DNA of 64,000 nt from Dehalococcoidia bacterium (GTDB taxonomy: Bacteria; Chloroflexota; Dehalococcoidia; Bin125). Each line of letters begins with the position of its first letter. The stretch's first letter is position 1. Location: contig CAXXRD010000001.1 in assembly GCA_963663895.2 (NCBI GenBank), forward strand, positions 384,001 through 448,000, in the 5' to 3' direction. The notes under the pieces were generated by a model. It saw only the letters and a list, made by a program, of their open reading frames with translations, had not been told where the DNA came from and did no database searches. The translations under genes and the position numbers were made by a program. Positions 48,721-58,716 of this stretch are shown piece after piece.

Positions 48721-50121
48721 ATGGCCGCTGACGGCGCCGACCTGGCTTTCGCGCCGATCGAGGAACTCGCACCGCGGCTGCATACGCGCGAAGTGTCGCC
48801 AATCGAGCTCGCCGACCTCACGCTGCGCCGGATCGAGGCGATCAACCCCCGGATCAACGCCTACTACACCGTGCTTGCAGACGAGCTGCGCACGGACGCC
48901 GAGCGCGCGGAGCGAGAGATCGCCCGGGGTCAGTATCGCGGCCCGCTCCATGGAGTGCCCATCTGCATCAAGGACATCTACGAAAGCGGCCGCACGACCT
49001 GCGGGTCGCAAACGCTGCAGCACTACAAAGCCGCCAACGAGAGCGTGGCGGTGCGAAAGCTACGCAATGCGGGGGCGCTGATCGCCGGCAAAGCAGCGAC
49101 CTTCGAGTTCGCATACGGCATGCCGAGCCGGCAGTCGCCGGTGGCGCCGGTGCGCAACCCCTGGAACGAAGAGCGACAGGCCGGGGGATCGAGCAGCGGC
49201 TCCGCGGCAGCGGTCGCTGCGGGCTTGGCCTATGCGGGGATGGGATCCTGCACAGGCGGATCCATTCGCTGGCCGGCGCAGTGCTGCCACTTGGTCGGGC
49301 TGAAACCGACGTACGGGCGAGTGAGCCGGCGCGGCATCTACCCGCTCGCATGGAGTTTGGACCACGCCGGTCCGATCACGCGCACCGTGCGCGATGCCGC
49401 GCTGATGCTTCAGGGTTGCGCCGGCTTCGACGAGGGAGACCCTGCCGCCGCGCGTGTGCCGGTGCCGGACTTCACGGCCAAGCTGGAACGCGAGATCCGC
49501 GGCATGAAGATCGGGCTGCCGGTCCGTCTGTACGAGGATTGCCAGCCGGTCGTGCGAGAGGTCTTCGAGGAAGCGCTGCGCGTGTTCGAGCGCCTCGGAG
49601 CGGAGCTGGTGACTGTGCCGAGCATCAGCGCGGAGGAGATGGACTGGATCGAGTACCCGGCGCTTTGGTCGGACGCCGCCACGATCCATTTCCGACAACT
49701 GCGTGCCCGCAGCGGCGAGTACAACCCCAACACGCGCCAGTATCTGCAGTGGGGGCTGCTCGTGAGCAGCGGCTACTACCTCACAGCTCAGCGCTGCCGG
49801 GCGCAGGTGCGGGACGACCTAATCGAGCTGCTGACCAAACAGGTCGACGTCCTCGTCCTGCCCACCAACGGCTTTCAGAGTCCACCGCTCATCCCCGAGC
49901 AGTCACCCGGTTTGAGTTTTTTGAGCGGGTTCCACCTATATACGGCGATCTTCAACTTCACGGGACTCCCGGCAGTGCAAGTGCCCTGTGGCGTCGACCG
50001 CGACGGCCTGCCGGTGGGTCTCCAAGTGGCGGCGAAGCCGTTCGACGAGCCGACGCTGCTCCAAGTCGCGCACGCCTACGAGCAGGCAACGGAGTGGCAC
50101 CACAGGCACGCCGATCTCTGA
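48721..50121 (+). CDS. Amidase signature family enzyme (paralog)
   Basis: GPLHGVPICIKD, GGSSSGS, GSCTGGSIRWPA, GLKPTYGRVS. Confidence 0.93.
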   Translation: MAADGADLAFAPIEELAPRLHTREVSPIELADLTLRRIEAINPRINAYYTVLADELRTDAERAEREIARGQYRGPLHGVPICIKDIYESGRTTCGSQTLQHYKAANESVAVRKLRNAGALIAGKAATFEFAYGMPSRQSPVAPVRNPWNEERQAGGSSSGSAAAVAAGLAYAGMGSCTGGSIRWPAQCCHLVGLKPTYGRVSRRGIYPLAWSLDHAGPITRTVRDAALMLQGCAGFDEGDPAAARVPVPDFTAKLEREIRGMKIGLPVRLYEDCQPVVREVFEEALRVFERLGAELVTVPSISAEEMDWIEYPALWSDAATIHFRQLRARSGEYNPNTRQYLQWGLLVSSGYYLTAQRCRAQVRDDLIELLTKQVDVLVLPTNGFQSPPLIPEQSPGLSFLSGFHLYTAIFNFTGLPAVQVPCGVDRDGLPVGLQVAAKPFDEPTLLQVAHAYEQATEWHHRHADL

Positions 50122-50190
50122 GGCCGGCGGGATGTCACCGCGCGCGGGCAACCTGATAGCATGCCCTCATTCCTAAGTGGAGGTTCCCTC

Positions 50191-51264
50191 ATGCACGTTG
50201 GCTCCGGCCATATCTTCCAGAATCCCTACAACAAGCGGACCGATCTCGACCTGTACCAGAATGAGATGCGGCTGGCCGACCTCTCCGAAGGGCTCGGGTT
50301 CGATTCGATCTGGGGCGTCGAGCACCACTTCACCGACTACACGCTCTGTCCGGACGTGCTGCAGTGGTTGACCTGGGTCGCAGCACGCACCGAGCGCGTC
50401 CAGATCGGATCCATGGTGGTCGTGCTGCCCTGGCACGATCCGCTCCGAGTGGCCGAAGAGGTCGCGATGCTCGACGCGCTCTCCAACGGCCGCCTGATTC
50501 TGGGAGTCGGACGTGGGCTGGGACGCGTGGAGTTCGACGGCTTTCGCGTGTCGATGGACGAGACGCGGGCGCGCTTCATCGAAAGCGCCCGCATGGTCCT
50601 CACCGGGCTGGAGAACGGCTATGTGGAAGGCGACGGGGAATTCTATCCGCAGCCGCGCCGCGACCTGCGGCCCGCCCCGTTCAAGACATTCCGCGGACGC
50701 TCGTACGCTGCCGCGATCTCCCCGGAAACGATGAGGATCCTGGCCGAGCTCGGCGTGGGGATGTTGATTCTGCCGCAGAAGCCCTGGGATCAGATCGCCG
50801 AAGACTTGGAGAGCTACCGCAGCACCTACCGCGAGATCCAGGGCGAAGAGGCCCCCCCGCCAATCGTTGCCTCGTTCACCTACTGCGATGCGGACGCGAG
50901 CCGGGCGGAGGAGATCATGCGGCGGCACATGGACAGCTACTACGACTCCATGTTGCGCCACTACGAGTTGCAAGCGGAGCACTTCGGCAAGGCCAAGGGA
51001 TACGAGTACTACAAGGACATGAGCAAGGCGCTGAACAAATACGGCACCGGCGCCGCGGGGGAGTTCTTCCTCAACCTGCAGGTCTTCGGCACGCCCGAGC
51101 AGTGCTTGGAGAAGATCCGCGACACGATGGACAAGACGGGCGGCCAGCACTTCATCGCGACGTTCGCCTTCGGAGGAATTCCCTACGAGGACGCGGAGCG
51201 GAGCATGCGGCTCTTCGCCAAAGAGGTCCTGCCGGAGCTCCAGCGAGCGGCAGTGACCGCCTAG
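50191..51264 (+). CDS. LLM class flavin-dependent oxidoreductase
   Basis: GFDSIWGVEHHF, PWHDPLRVAE. Confidence 0.92.
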   Translation: MHVGSGHIFQNPYNKRTDLDLYQNEMRLADLSEGLGFDSIWGVEHHFTDYTLCPDVLQWLTWVAARTERVQIGSMVVVLPWHDPLRVAEEVAMLDALSNGRLILGVGRGLGRVEFDGFRVSMDETRARFIESARMVLTGLENGYVEGDGEFYPQPRRDLRPAPFKTFRGRSYAAAISPETMRILAELGVGMLILPQKPWDQIAEDLESYRSTYREIQGEEAPPPIVASFTYCDADASRAEEIMRRHMDSYYDSMLRHYELQAEHFGKAKGYEYYKDMSKALNKYGTGAAGEFFLNLQVFGTPEQCLEKIRDTMDKTGGQHFIATFAFGGIPYEDAERSMRLFAKEVLPELQRAAVTA

Positions 51265-51323
51265 CCAGCCAGCGATCGGACACCTAGCATGCCGACCAGT
51301 ACACGCGAGCTTGGAGGAACACG

Positions 51324-52403
51324 ATGAAGGTTGGAGTTAACCTCCTCCTGTCCAACATGAACGATACGCAGTCGGACTACGAGCTATGGCGGGAGCACAT
51401 GCGGCTCGCCGATATGGTGGAACCGCTGGGGTTCGACTCGCTCTGGGGCGTGGAGCACCACTTCACCGACTACATCATCTCCCCGGACATTCTGCAGATG
51501 CTGAGCTGGGCGGCGGGGCGGACGGAGCAGATCGAGCTGGGCACCCAAGTGGTGGTCATGCCCTGGCACGATCCGCTGCGGGTGGCCGAGCAGATCGCCT
51601 TGCTCGATAACCTGTCGGACGGGCGCTACATCTTCGGCTTCGGACGCGGCGCGGCGCGGGTCGAGTTCGACGGCTTCCGCGTGCCGATGAACGAGGCGCG
51701 CGGCCGCTTCATCGAGGGCGCGGAGATGGTGCTGCAAGCGTTCGACAGCGGCTACGCCGAGTTCGAGGGCGAGTACATCAAGCAGCCGCGCGTGCCTCTG
51801 CGGCCAGCCCCGATCAAGCCGCTGCGGGACCGCGCCTACGCCGCCGCCATCTCACCGGAGACGATGGGAATCATCGCCCGGATGGGCGTGGGGATGTTGA
51901 TCAACCCGCAAAAGCCGTGGGATACGATCTTGAGCGAGCTTGAGGACTATCGCTCGACCTTCCGGAGCGAACACGACCGGGAAGCGCCGCCGCCGGTCGC
52001 CGCCGTCTTCGGCTACTGCGATGCGGACGCGGAGCGCGCAGAGGCGATCGCCACGCAGTACATGGGCGAGTACTACACCTCAGCCCTGCGGCACTATGAG
52101 TTCACGGGCGATCACTTCAGCTCGATCAAGGGATACGAGTTCTACGACAAGATGTCCCGGATCATGAACAAGGTCGGGAAAGAGGGCGCGGGGAACTTCT
52201 TCCGCGACCTGCAGCCTTGGGGCACGCCCGACCAGTGCATCGAGAAGATCATGGACCAGCAGAAGAAGATCGGCTTCGACCATCTGACGCTGAACTTCGT
52301 CTTCGCGCATCTGCCGATGAAGGACGTGGAGAACAGCATGAAGCTGTTCGCGCAGGAAGTGCTGCCGGTGATCAAGCAGATCGGGGTGGGGGCGCCGGCC
52401 TAG
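51324..52403 (+). CDS. LLM class flavin-dependent oxidoreductase
   Basis: GFDSLWGVEHHF, PWHDPLRVAE. Confidence 0.92.
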   Translation: MKVGVNLLLSNMNDTQSDYELWREHMRLADMVEPLGFDSLWGVEHHFTDYIISPDILQMLSWAAGRTEQIELGTQVVVMPWHDPLRVAEQIALLDNLSDGRYIFGFGRGAARVEFDGFRVPMNEARGRFIEGAEMVLQAFDSGYAEFEGEYIKQPRVPLRPAPIKPLRDRAYAAAISPETMGIIARMGVGMLINPQKPWDTILSELEDYRSTFRSEHDREAPPPVAAVFGYCDADAERAEAIATQYMGEYYTSALRHYEFTGDHFSSIKGYEFYDKMSRIMNKVGKEGAGNFFRDLQPWGTPDQCIEKIMDQQKKIGFDHLTLNFVFAHLPMKDVENSMKLFAQEVLPVIKQIGVGAPA

Positions 52404-52602
52404 CCACCACACGAAAGCGGGCTCTCCTGAGCGCGCGGGCTTTTCGCGTGATGGCTTCCCGGCGCGCCCAGGGAGCGACGGCGTCTCAGCCGCCGCATCC
52501 GCTGTCCTCACCGCGCGGACGGGCGCACGCTCCGCTCGGATCCGTACGCTACTATGCGGCTACCGGGCAAACCGATAATCCCAGGTGGCAGGAGGCTACT
52601 CG

Positions 52603-53679
52603 ATGAAGGTCGGACTGAACCTTGTCTTCTCGAATCCGGGGCACGTAACGGACCAAGAGCTCTGGCGGGAGCAGCTGGCGCAGGCCGACCAAGCCGAGCC
52701 GCTCGGCTTCGACTCGGTCTGGGGCGTGGAGCACCACTTCACCGACTACATCATCTGTCCGGACGTGCTGCAGTACCTCACGTGGATCGCCGCCCGCACC
52801 GAGGAGATCGAGCTCGGCTCGCAAGTGGTCGTGCTGCCCTGGCATGACCCGCTCCGGGTGGCCGAGCAGATCTCCCTGCTCGACACGATGTCGAACGGCC
52901 GCTACGTCTTCGGATTCGGCCGCGGGGCGGCGCGCGTCGAATTCAACGGCTTCCGCGTGCCGATGGAAGAGTCGCGCGGTCGCTTCGTGGAAAGCGCGGA
53001 GATGATTCTGGCGGGGCTGGAGAGCGGCTACTGCGAGTACGACGGCGAGTACATCAAGCAGCCGCGGGTCCCTATCCGGCCGACGCCGTTCAAGTCGTTC
53101 AAGGGACGGACCTATTCGGCGGCGATCTCCCCTGAGTCGATGGGGATCGTGGCGCGACTGGGAGTGGGGATGCTGATCAACCCCTCGAAGCCGTGGGACT
53201 TAGTCGATCGGGAGCTGGCCGAGTACCGCTCGGTATACCGCGAGACGCACGGTCGGGAGGCGCCGCCGCCGGTCGTCGAGATTTTCACGGTCTGCCATTC
53301 GAACCCCGAGCGCGCGGAGGAGTTGGCCCGCACGTACCTCGGGCGCTTTTACAACACGATCCTCCAGCACTACGAGTTCGCCGGGGACCACTTCGACGCG
53401 ATCAAGGGCTACGAGTTCTACGGAAAGATGTCCAAGATCCTGCAGAAGTCGGGTGAGCAAGGCGCGACCGACTTCTTCCTCGAACTACAGCCCTGGGGCA
53501 CGCCCGACCAGTGCATCGAACAGATCGAAGAGATCCATAAGAAGATCAACTTCGGGCACCTCAACGTCACCTTCGGATTCGCGGACATGCCGGCGGCGGA
53601 GGCCACGGCAGGCATGCAACTCTTCGCGCAGGAAGTCCTGCCGGCCGTGAAGAAGATCGAAGCGGGGGCGTTGGTCTAG
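52603..53679 (+). CDS. LLM class flavin-dependent oxidoreductase
   Basis: GFDSVWGVEHHF, PWHDPLRVAE. Confidence 0.92.
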   Translation: MKVGLNLVFSNPGHVTDQELWREQLAQADQAEPLGFDSVWGVEHHFTDYIICPDVLQYLTWIAARTEEIELGSQVVVLPWHDPLRVAEQISLLDTMSNGRYVFGFGRGAARVEFNGFRVPMEESRGRFVESAEMILAGLESGYCEYDGEYIKQPRVPIRPTPFKSFKGRTYSAAISPESMGIVARLGVGMLINPSKPWDLVDRELAEYRSVYRETHGREAPPPVVEIFTVCHSNPERAEELARTYLGRFYNTILQHYEFAGDHFDAIKGYEFYGKMSKILQKSGEQGATDFFLELQPWGTPDQCIEQIEEIHKKINFGHLNVTFGFADMPAAEATAGMQLFAQEVLPAVKKIEAGALV

Positions 53680-53770
53680 CCCTTCACGACCGAGAGGCGC
53701 CCCGGCGCGCTAGTCACGGCGCGCCGCACCGCAAAGCGCCTGGGAGGATGTGTGAATCGCCTCGCGCAGG

Positions 53771-54565
53771 TTATTCCTGTGGGGCGGCGCCGTTGGTGAT
53801 GAAGTCCGTGAGAAGGGCGGCCAACTCGCGCGGGACTTCCCAGGGGATGAAGTGCCCGACTCGATAGAAAACGTGCAGCGCCGCGTTGGGGATGCGGGCA
53901 TGGTCGGCAAGGTTGGAATCGCGAAGGAAGTCGCGGTCCCCTGCGACAACAAGCGTGGGCGCCTGGATGGTGGCGAGCTGGTCGCCGATGTGGAGTCGTC
54001 CCATCTCCTCCCAGGACTCGTCGAAGTGGCCGTTTGAACAGGCGAGCGCGTCCTCCACGTAGCTTTCGAAGAGTTCAGGCCGGGGGGCACGCGTCCACAT
54101 CCCTCTGCTGACCTCCGGGTACCGTGACGGATCCTCTCGGGCGGAGCGCAAGGCCGCGAGAAACTCGGCGGCCCACGGCTCACCCACCCAACCGTCCGAA
54201 GGCGCCGGCGCGATCAGCGTGAGACTGCGTAGTCGGTCGCCATGACGGAGGCCCATATGCATGCCGGTGACCGCGCCCATGGAAGTACCCGCGTAGTGAA
54301 AAGTCGCAACGCCAAGGGCGGTCATCGCTGCCGCCACATCGTCCGCGTACTGCGCGGGAGAGTAGCCGGTGGGAGGAGCGTCGCTCTTGCCGGCACCGCG
54401 AAGATCGAAGGCGAAGACGCGGAGCGCATCCAGGGGAAGATGATCGATGACGTCGCCCCAGACGCGCAGCGAACTCTGGAACCCGTGGATCAGCACGAGC
54501 GGCTCGGGTCCCGTGCCCGTCTCGCGGTAGTTGAGCTCGATCTGGCCAGCTTGGACGCGCGGCAC
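53771..54565 (-). CDS. Alpha/beta fold hydrolase
   Basis: LIHGF, DLRGAGKS, GTSMG nucleophile elbow, GDRD, GHF. Confidence 0.9.
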   Translation of the reverse strand: MPRVQAGQIELNYRETGTGPEPLVLIHGFQSSLRVWGDVIDHLPLDALRVFAFDLRGAGKSDAPPTGYSPAQYADDVAAAMTALGVATFHYAGTSMGAVTGMHMGLRHGDRLRSLTLIAPAPSDGWVGEPWAAEFLAALRSAREDPSRYPEVSRGMWTRAPRPELFESYVEDALACSNGHFDESWEEMGRLHIGDQLATIQAPTLVVAGDRDFLRDSNLADHARIPNAALHVFYRVGHFIPWEVPRELAALLTDFITNGAAPQE

Positions 54566-54775
54566 GCCTCACCTCGCTCGGCTGCTTAGCCTAACGTGTC
54601 TCGACGAATGCCATCCACGCGACCGGCGCCACTGCGCCGCGCCGTCGGCGGGGCGCGGCGCTTATGGAACACGAGAAGCCGCCCCCGCCGCGCGATCCGC
54701 TGCCCAGCCGCCAGACGAATCTACGGCCGGTAGGAACAACAAGAAGACGAGCGCGCGGACCGGTAGACTAGCGTC

Positions 54776-55096
54776 GTGGAAGAGATCCGCGATTACGCTC
54801 TGATCGCCGGCTTCATCGCGCTGACGGTGCTCACACTGCTTGCGCTGGTGATAGTAGGCGCGATCGGGTATCTATCACTGCGAATCCTCGGCGCGCTCAC
54901 CCGCTTCATGGAAGGACGCGTTGCCCCGGGACTCGCCGGAGCGAATGCGCGGCTGGAGGAAACGAGCAAAGGCGGGCCTGCTGTGATTGTCGACCTTGCA
55001 TTGCTCGGTTTTGGCGCTCTCCAGCGGGCCCGCGCCGCGTGGCAACCCAAGCCGAAGCCGAGAGAGCGTTCCGGCTTCCCCTTCTTCTCCCGCTGA
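54776..55096 (+). CDS. Hypothetical membrane protein
   Basis: Long N-terminal hydrophobic helix; fills the gap before the ADH gene. Confidence 0.6.
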   Translation: MEEIRDYALIAGFIALTVLTLLALVIVGAIGYLSLRILGALTRFMEGRVAPGLAGANARLEETSKGGPAVIVDLALLGFGALQRARAAWQPKPKPRERSGFPFFSR

Positions 55097-55106
55097 TGCA
55101 GCTCCC

Positions 55107-56189
55107 ATGAAGGCGGCAATCCTACACGCGGCGAAAGCGCCCCTCACGATCGAAGAGGTAACGCTGCGCGCACCCCGCGCCGGCGAGGTGCTGGTGCGCA
55201 CGGCGGTGAGCGGCGTCTGCCACACCGATCTGCACATGGCCAACGGCCACTGGGAGGTCGAAACCCCAGCGGTCCTCGGCCACGAGGCCACCGGCACAGT
55301 CGAAGCGGTAGGAGAGAACGTGCGCTACGTGCGTCCGGGGGACCGCGTGTTGCTGTCCGGGATGCCGCTCTGCGGTCGCTGCAACTTCTGCCTGTCGGGG
55401 CGGCCCTACCTCTGTCGCGATGAAGGCTTGCGTGAGCTTACGACGGACCGGTTGAACTGGAACGAGCGGCCGGTCACGCAATACTCGTTCGTATCGTCAT
55501 TCGCCGAATACATGCTGACCGTCGAGACCGGCGTGGTGAAGCTTCCGCAGGCCATGCCGTTCGCAGAGGCAACGCTCATCGGCTGCGGCGTGATGACCGG
55601 CGTGGGCGCAGCGTTGTACACCGCGCGGGTCCCGGGCGCCGCCGTAACGGCGGTGATCGGCTGTGGCGGGGTAGGGCTGAGCATCGTGCAAGGCTGCCGG
55701 ATCGCGGGAGCGAGCCGGATCTTGGCGATCGACCTGCTAGACCATCGGCTGGAGCTGGCACGCGCGATGGGCGCAACTGACGTGATCAACGCAGCGAAAG
55801 TCAACCCCGTCGAGGCAGCGAAGGAGCTTACCGCGGACGGAGTGGAGTTCGCATTCGAGGCGATCGGCAACGTCGACGTGGCCCGGCAGGCATTCGACAT
55901 GGTGCAACGCGGCGGCACCGCGGTCATCGTGGGCGGAATGCCCGCCGGGGCCGAGATCCGGCTGCCTGGACTCGATTTCCTCTGGGAGTCGAAGAACGTG
56001 ATCGGCTGCCTGTACGGCAGCACGCGTTTCCGGGAGCACATGCCGAAGCTGATGTCGCTCTACCAGCAGGGCCACCTCAAGCTGAGCGAGATGATCGGCA
56101 AACGCTACCGCCTCGACGAGATCAATGAGAGCTTCCAGGCAATGGCGCGCGGCGAGGTGCTGCGCCCCATGATCGACTTCCCCGCCTGA
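55107..56189 (+). CDS. Zn-dependent alcohol dehydrogenase
   Basis: GVCHTD, GHE, CGRCNFC..C, GCGVMTG, GCGGVG. Confidence 0.93.
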   Translation: MKAAILHAAKAPLTIEEVTLRAPRAGEVLVRTAVSGVCHTDLHMANGHWEVETPAVLGHEATGTVEAVGENVRYVRPGDRVLLSGMPLCGRCNFCLSGRPYLCRDEGLRELTTDRLNWNERPVTQYSFVSSFAEYMLTVETGVVKLPQAMPFAEATLIGCGVMTGVGAALYTARVPGAAVTAVIGCGGVGLSIVQGCRIAGASRILAIDLLDHRLELARAMGATDVINAAKVNPVEAAKELTADGVEFAFEAIGNVDVARQAFDMVQRGGTAVIVGGMPAGAEIRLPGLDFLWESKNVIGCLYGSTRFREHMPKLMSLYQQGHLKLSEMIGKRYRLDEINESFQAMARGEVLRPMIDFPA

Positions 56190-56199
56190 CGGTACCGGC

Positions 56200-57072
56200 A
56201 TGCCCAAAATCTTGATCCCGCTGGATGAAGGGCCCGCCTCCGCAACGACGCTGGCGGGCGCGCGCGCGATCATGGGGAACATGCCGTGGACAGTACGGCT
56301 GATCTACAGCGGCCATGACCCCGAGGGAACGATGCGCACCCACATGGATACCGTCGCCGCGGATCTCAAGGAGGAGGGGCATTTCGTCACCGTCGTGATG
56401 ACGGCCGGAGCATCCGACGCGGTCAGCATGCTGCAGCGTGCGATCATCTCGCCTCGCATGGACATCGTTGTACTGACGCGACAGGAAAGCGGGGAGGGGT
56501 GGCTCGATGCCGAAGTACCTGTTGCTATGGCGCACCGCTCCCAGTTCTGTCCGGTTCTGATCATGCCGGCCCCGCCGACGCTGGAAGCAGCCGCGTCGTA
56601 CCAAGTCGGACATCTGCTGGTCGCGTTGGACGGATCCGCGACGGCGGAGCTTGGAATCGATGTAAGCCTGACCTTGGCAGAGCGGCTGGGCGCGCGCGTC
56701 ACCGTCATGACGGTGGCAGAAGCGGGAAAGGCGCCAGTGAGTCAGGCAGAGTCGCCGGCGATCGCGACAGCTGCGGACGCGGAAGGCTACCTGGACGGAG
56801 TCGGGCAGCGATACGCGGATCGCGTGCAGTTCGCGCGCGTGGCCCGCCAGACGAGCCAGCCGATCAGCGACGCGCTCGCCCAGGAAGCACGTCAACGAGG
56901 CGCGCACTTGATCGTCATCACCAGCCACGGCGCCAGCGGCGTCCGCAAGAGCGGCTTGGGGCAGGTCGCCGAAGCGCTGGCGCGGACGGCACCCGTCCCG
57001 GTGTTGATCGCCCGGCCGATTCCGACATCGCAGGTGCGCTTCGGGCGCGGGGCTCTGCTGAAGAGCCGCTAG
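56200..57072 (+). CDS. Universal stress protein (two domains)
   Basis: ILIPLD, LLVALDGS, LIVITSHG...LGQVAE...PVPVLI. Confidence 0.85.
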   Translation: MPKILIPLDEGPASATTLAGARAIMGNMPWTVRLIYSGHDPEGTMRTHMDTVAADLKEEGHFVTVVMTAGASDAVSMLQRAIISPRMDIVVLTRQESGEGWLDAEVPVAMAHRSQFCPVLIMPAPPTLEAAASYQVGHLLVALDGSATAELGIDVSLTLAERLGARVTVMTVAEAGKAPVSQAESPAIATAADAEGYLDGVGQRYADRVQFARVARQTSQPISDALAQEARQRGAHLIVITSHGASGVRKSGLGQVAEALARTAPVPVLIARPIPTSQVRFGRGALLKSR

Positions 57073-57986
57073 CCACCGCGTCGCACCTCCACGCCGGCCA
57101 TCGCCTCGAGTGCTCGTACGAGAGCCTGCGTTCCCTCGTCCTGGGCGTCGTCAGCCTCAAGAGCGTGGAACAGCTGGTGTACGAGCGCGGTACCGGGGAG
57201 AGCAAGCTCGAGCTCCTGAGCCGCGGCCAAGGCAAGGCGCAAGTCCTTCTGTTGCAGTCTGATCATGAAGCCGGGAGCGAAGTCACGGTCGAGGACGCGG
57301 GGCGCGAGATTGCTGAGCATCCACGAGGCAGCAGCGCCCGACGACACGGCCTCCAGCATCTTGGCCGGATCGACGCCAGCCTTTTGCGCGAGCACCAGAC
57401 ACTCGCTCATCGCTAACAGATGGATCGCGCCCGCCACTTGGTTGCAGAGCTTGACGGTCTGGCCCGCTCCCACCGGGCCAACGTGCACGATCGTCTTGCC
57501 CAGCGCCTCGAAGAGAGGACGAGCACGTTCGACGACTTCGCGCTCGCCACCGACCATGATCGCGAGGGTGCCCGATTTGGCGCCGCCCTCTCCTCCTGAG
57601 ACGGGCGCGTCCAACATCGCGACCCCACGTTGGGCGAGCCGGACGGCCAGATCGCGAGTGACCGCGGGGCTAATGGTGCTCATGTCGATGAAGACCGCAC
57701 CGGGCCGGAGCCCGTCGGCAGCACCGTCCGGACCAAAGAGGACCGCCTCGACATCGGGGGAGTCGGTGACCATCGTGATCAAGACGTCGCTGCTTCGTGC
57801 GACGGCGCGCGGGCTCGCGGCCTCCGCGGCGCCATTCGCAAGCGCGGCCTCAATACCAGGACGACTGCGATTCCAGGCGGTAACCGGGAATCCACTCCGC
57901 AAAAGGTTGGCGGCCATGGGGAGGCCCATAATCCCTAAGCCAATGAAACCGACGCGAACCTGGCTGGCAGTCAAGAGCTTCCTCAC
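57069..57986 (-). CDS. NAD(P)-dependent beta-hydroxyacid dehydrogenase (GarR/MmsB family)
   Basis: GFIGLGIMGLPMA, DAPVSGG, VKLCNQ, KDLRLA; start uncertain. Confidence 0.9.
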   Translation of the reverse strand: MRKLLTASQVRVGFIGLGIMGLPMAANLLRSGFPVTAWNRSRPGIEAALANGAAEAASPRAVARSSDVLITMVTDSPDVEAVLFGPDGAADGLRPGAVFIDMSTISPAVTRDLAVRLAQRGVAMLDAPVSGGEGGAKSGTLAIMVGGEREVVERARPLFEALGKTIVHVGPVGAGQTVKLCNQVAGAIHLLAMSECLVLAQKAGVDPAKMLEAVSSGAAASWMLSNLAPRVLDRDFAPGFMIRLQQKDLRLALAAAQELELALPGTALVHQLFHALEADDAQDEGTQALVRALEAMAGVEVRRGG

Positions 57987-58129
57987 TGATGGCTCGCCCA
58001 CGAACGGGATCATCGCGGGATGAGGCAGTGTTACCACCGAGTAAAATCGGCCACAAGCCACAGGCCGGCAGCATGCACTCATCCACAATAGACCGTGAAT
58101 CGGTTATGCTTGGTTTGTTCGAAAACTGA

Positions 58130-58265
58130 ATAGTTGAGTGGGCCGAATCCCTTTTACCAGGGAGCGGGGGACCCGACTTCTTTGGGGTGAATGGGGCGGA
58201 AACGTCCCTAGGCGTAAACCCTTCGCGCCGAACCCGTCAGCTAACCTCGCAGGCGATCGAGGTGG
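58130..58265 (+). promoter_or_regulatory. Cyclic di-AMP (ydaO/yuaA) riboswitch aptamer
   Basis: Consensus blocks in order: GCCGAAUCC, GGAGCGGGGGACCC, UUUGGGGUGAAU, UAGG, CCGAACCCGUCAGCUAACCUCGCAGGCG. Confidence 0.9.
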
Positions 58266-58280
58266 TACCGCGTGTCTCCA

Positions 58281-58314
58281 GATGCCGACTCGGCCGAGCC
58301 AGTCGGCGTTTTTT
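58281..58314 (+). terminator. Intrinsic terminator, expression platform of the riboswitch
   Basis: GATGCCGACT/AGTCGGCGTT hairpin followed by T-run. Confidence 0.8.
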
Positions 58315-58358
58315 GCGCCCGGTTTCGGTTTGGCTCGCTCTCTAGCGTGTGGGTATCA

Positions 58359-58716
58359 GCGGCATCTTGCTGGATGCCGCCGACCATGAAAGGGACAGGG
58401 TTCTCGCTCTCCCTGTCCGCCTCCTGGCCAACCCGGGTCTTGTGCCCGGGTTGGTTACGTTAAGAGAGAGTTCGGCCGGGGCTTATGCAGGCAAGCACCG
58501 CGGACGCGCTTAGCAACCGCAAAGCCCCTCCGTAAGGCCCAAGGACGCGTCCGCTGCGTCTACAGCAGGCCGCACGGAAGAACGTACGTATAGCCGTCAG
58601 GCCGGTGTGCAGTTCCCACCGCACAGTACCTGGCGGCTCAAGGACGCGCCGCCAGGGCCCTTCATAGAGGCCGCAACCGGTCCGGGGGTCGGCGTTGCAG
58701 TAGACCGGGAGGGGCT
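58359..58716. ncRNA. Candidate structured non-coding RNA of unknown family
   Basis: At least nine helices of 7-12 bp, including long-range ones; no credible ORF. Confidence 0.55.
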
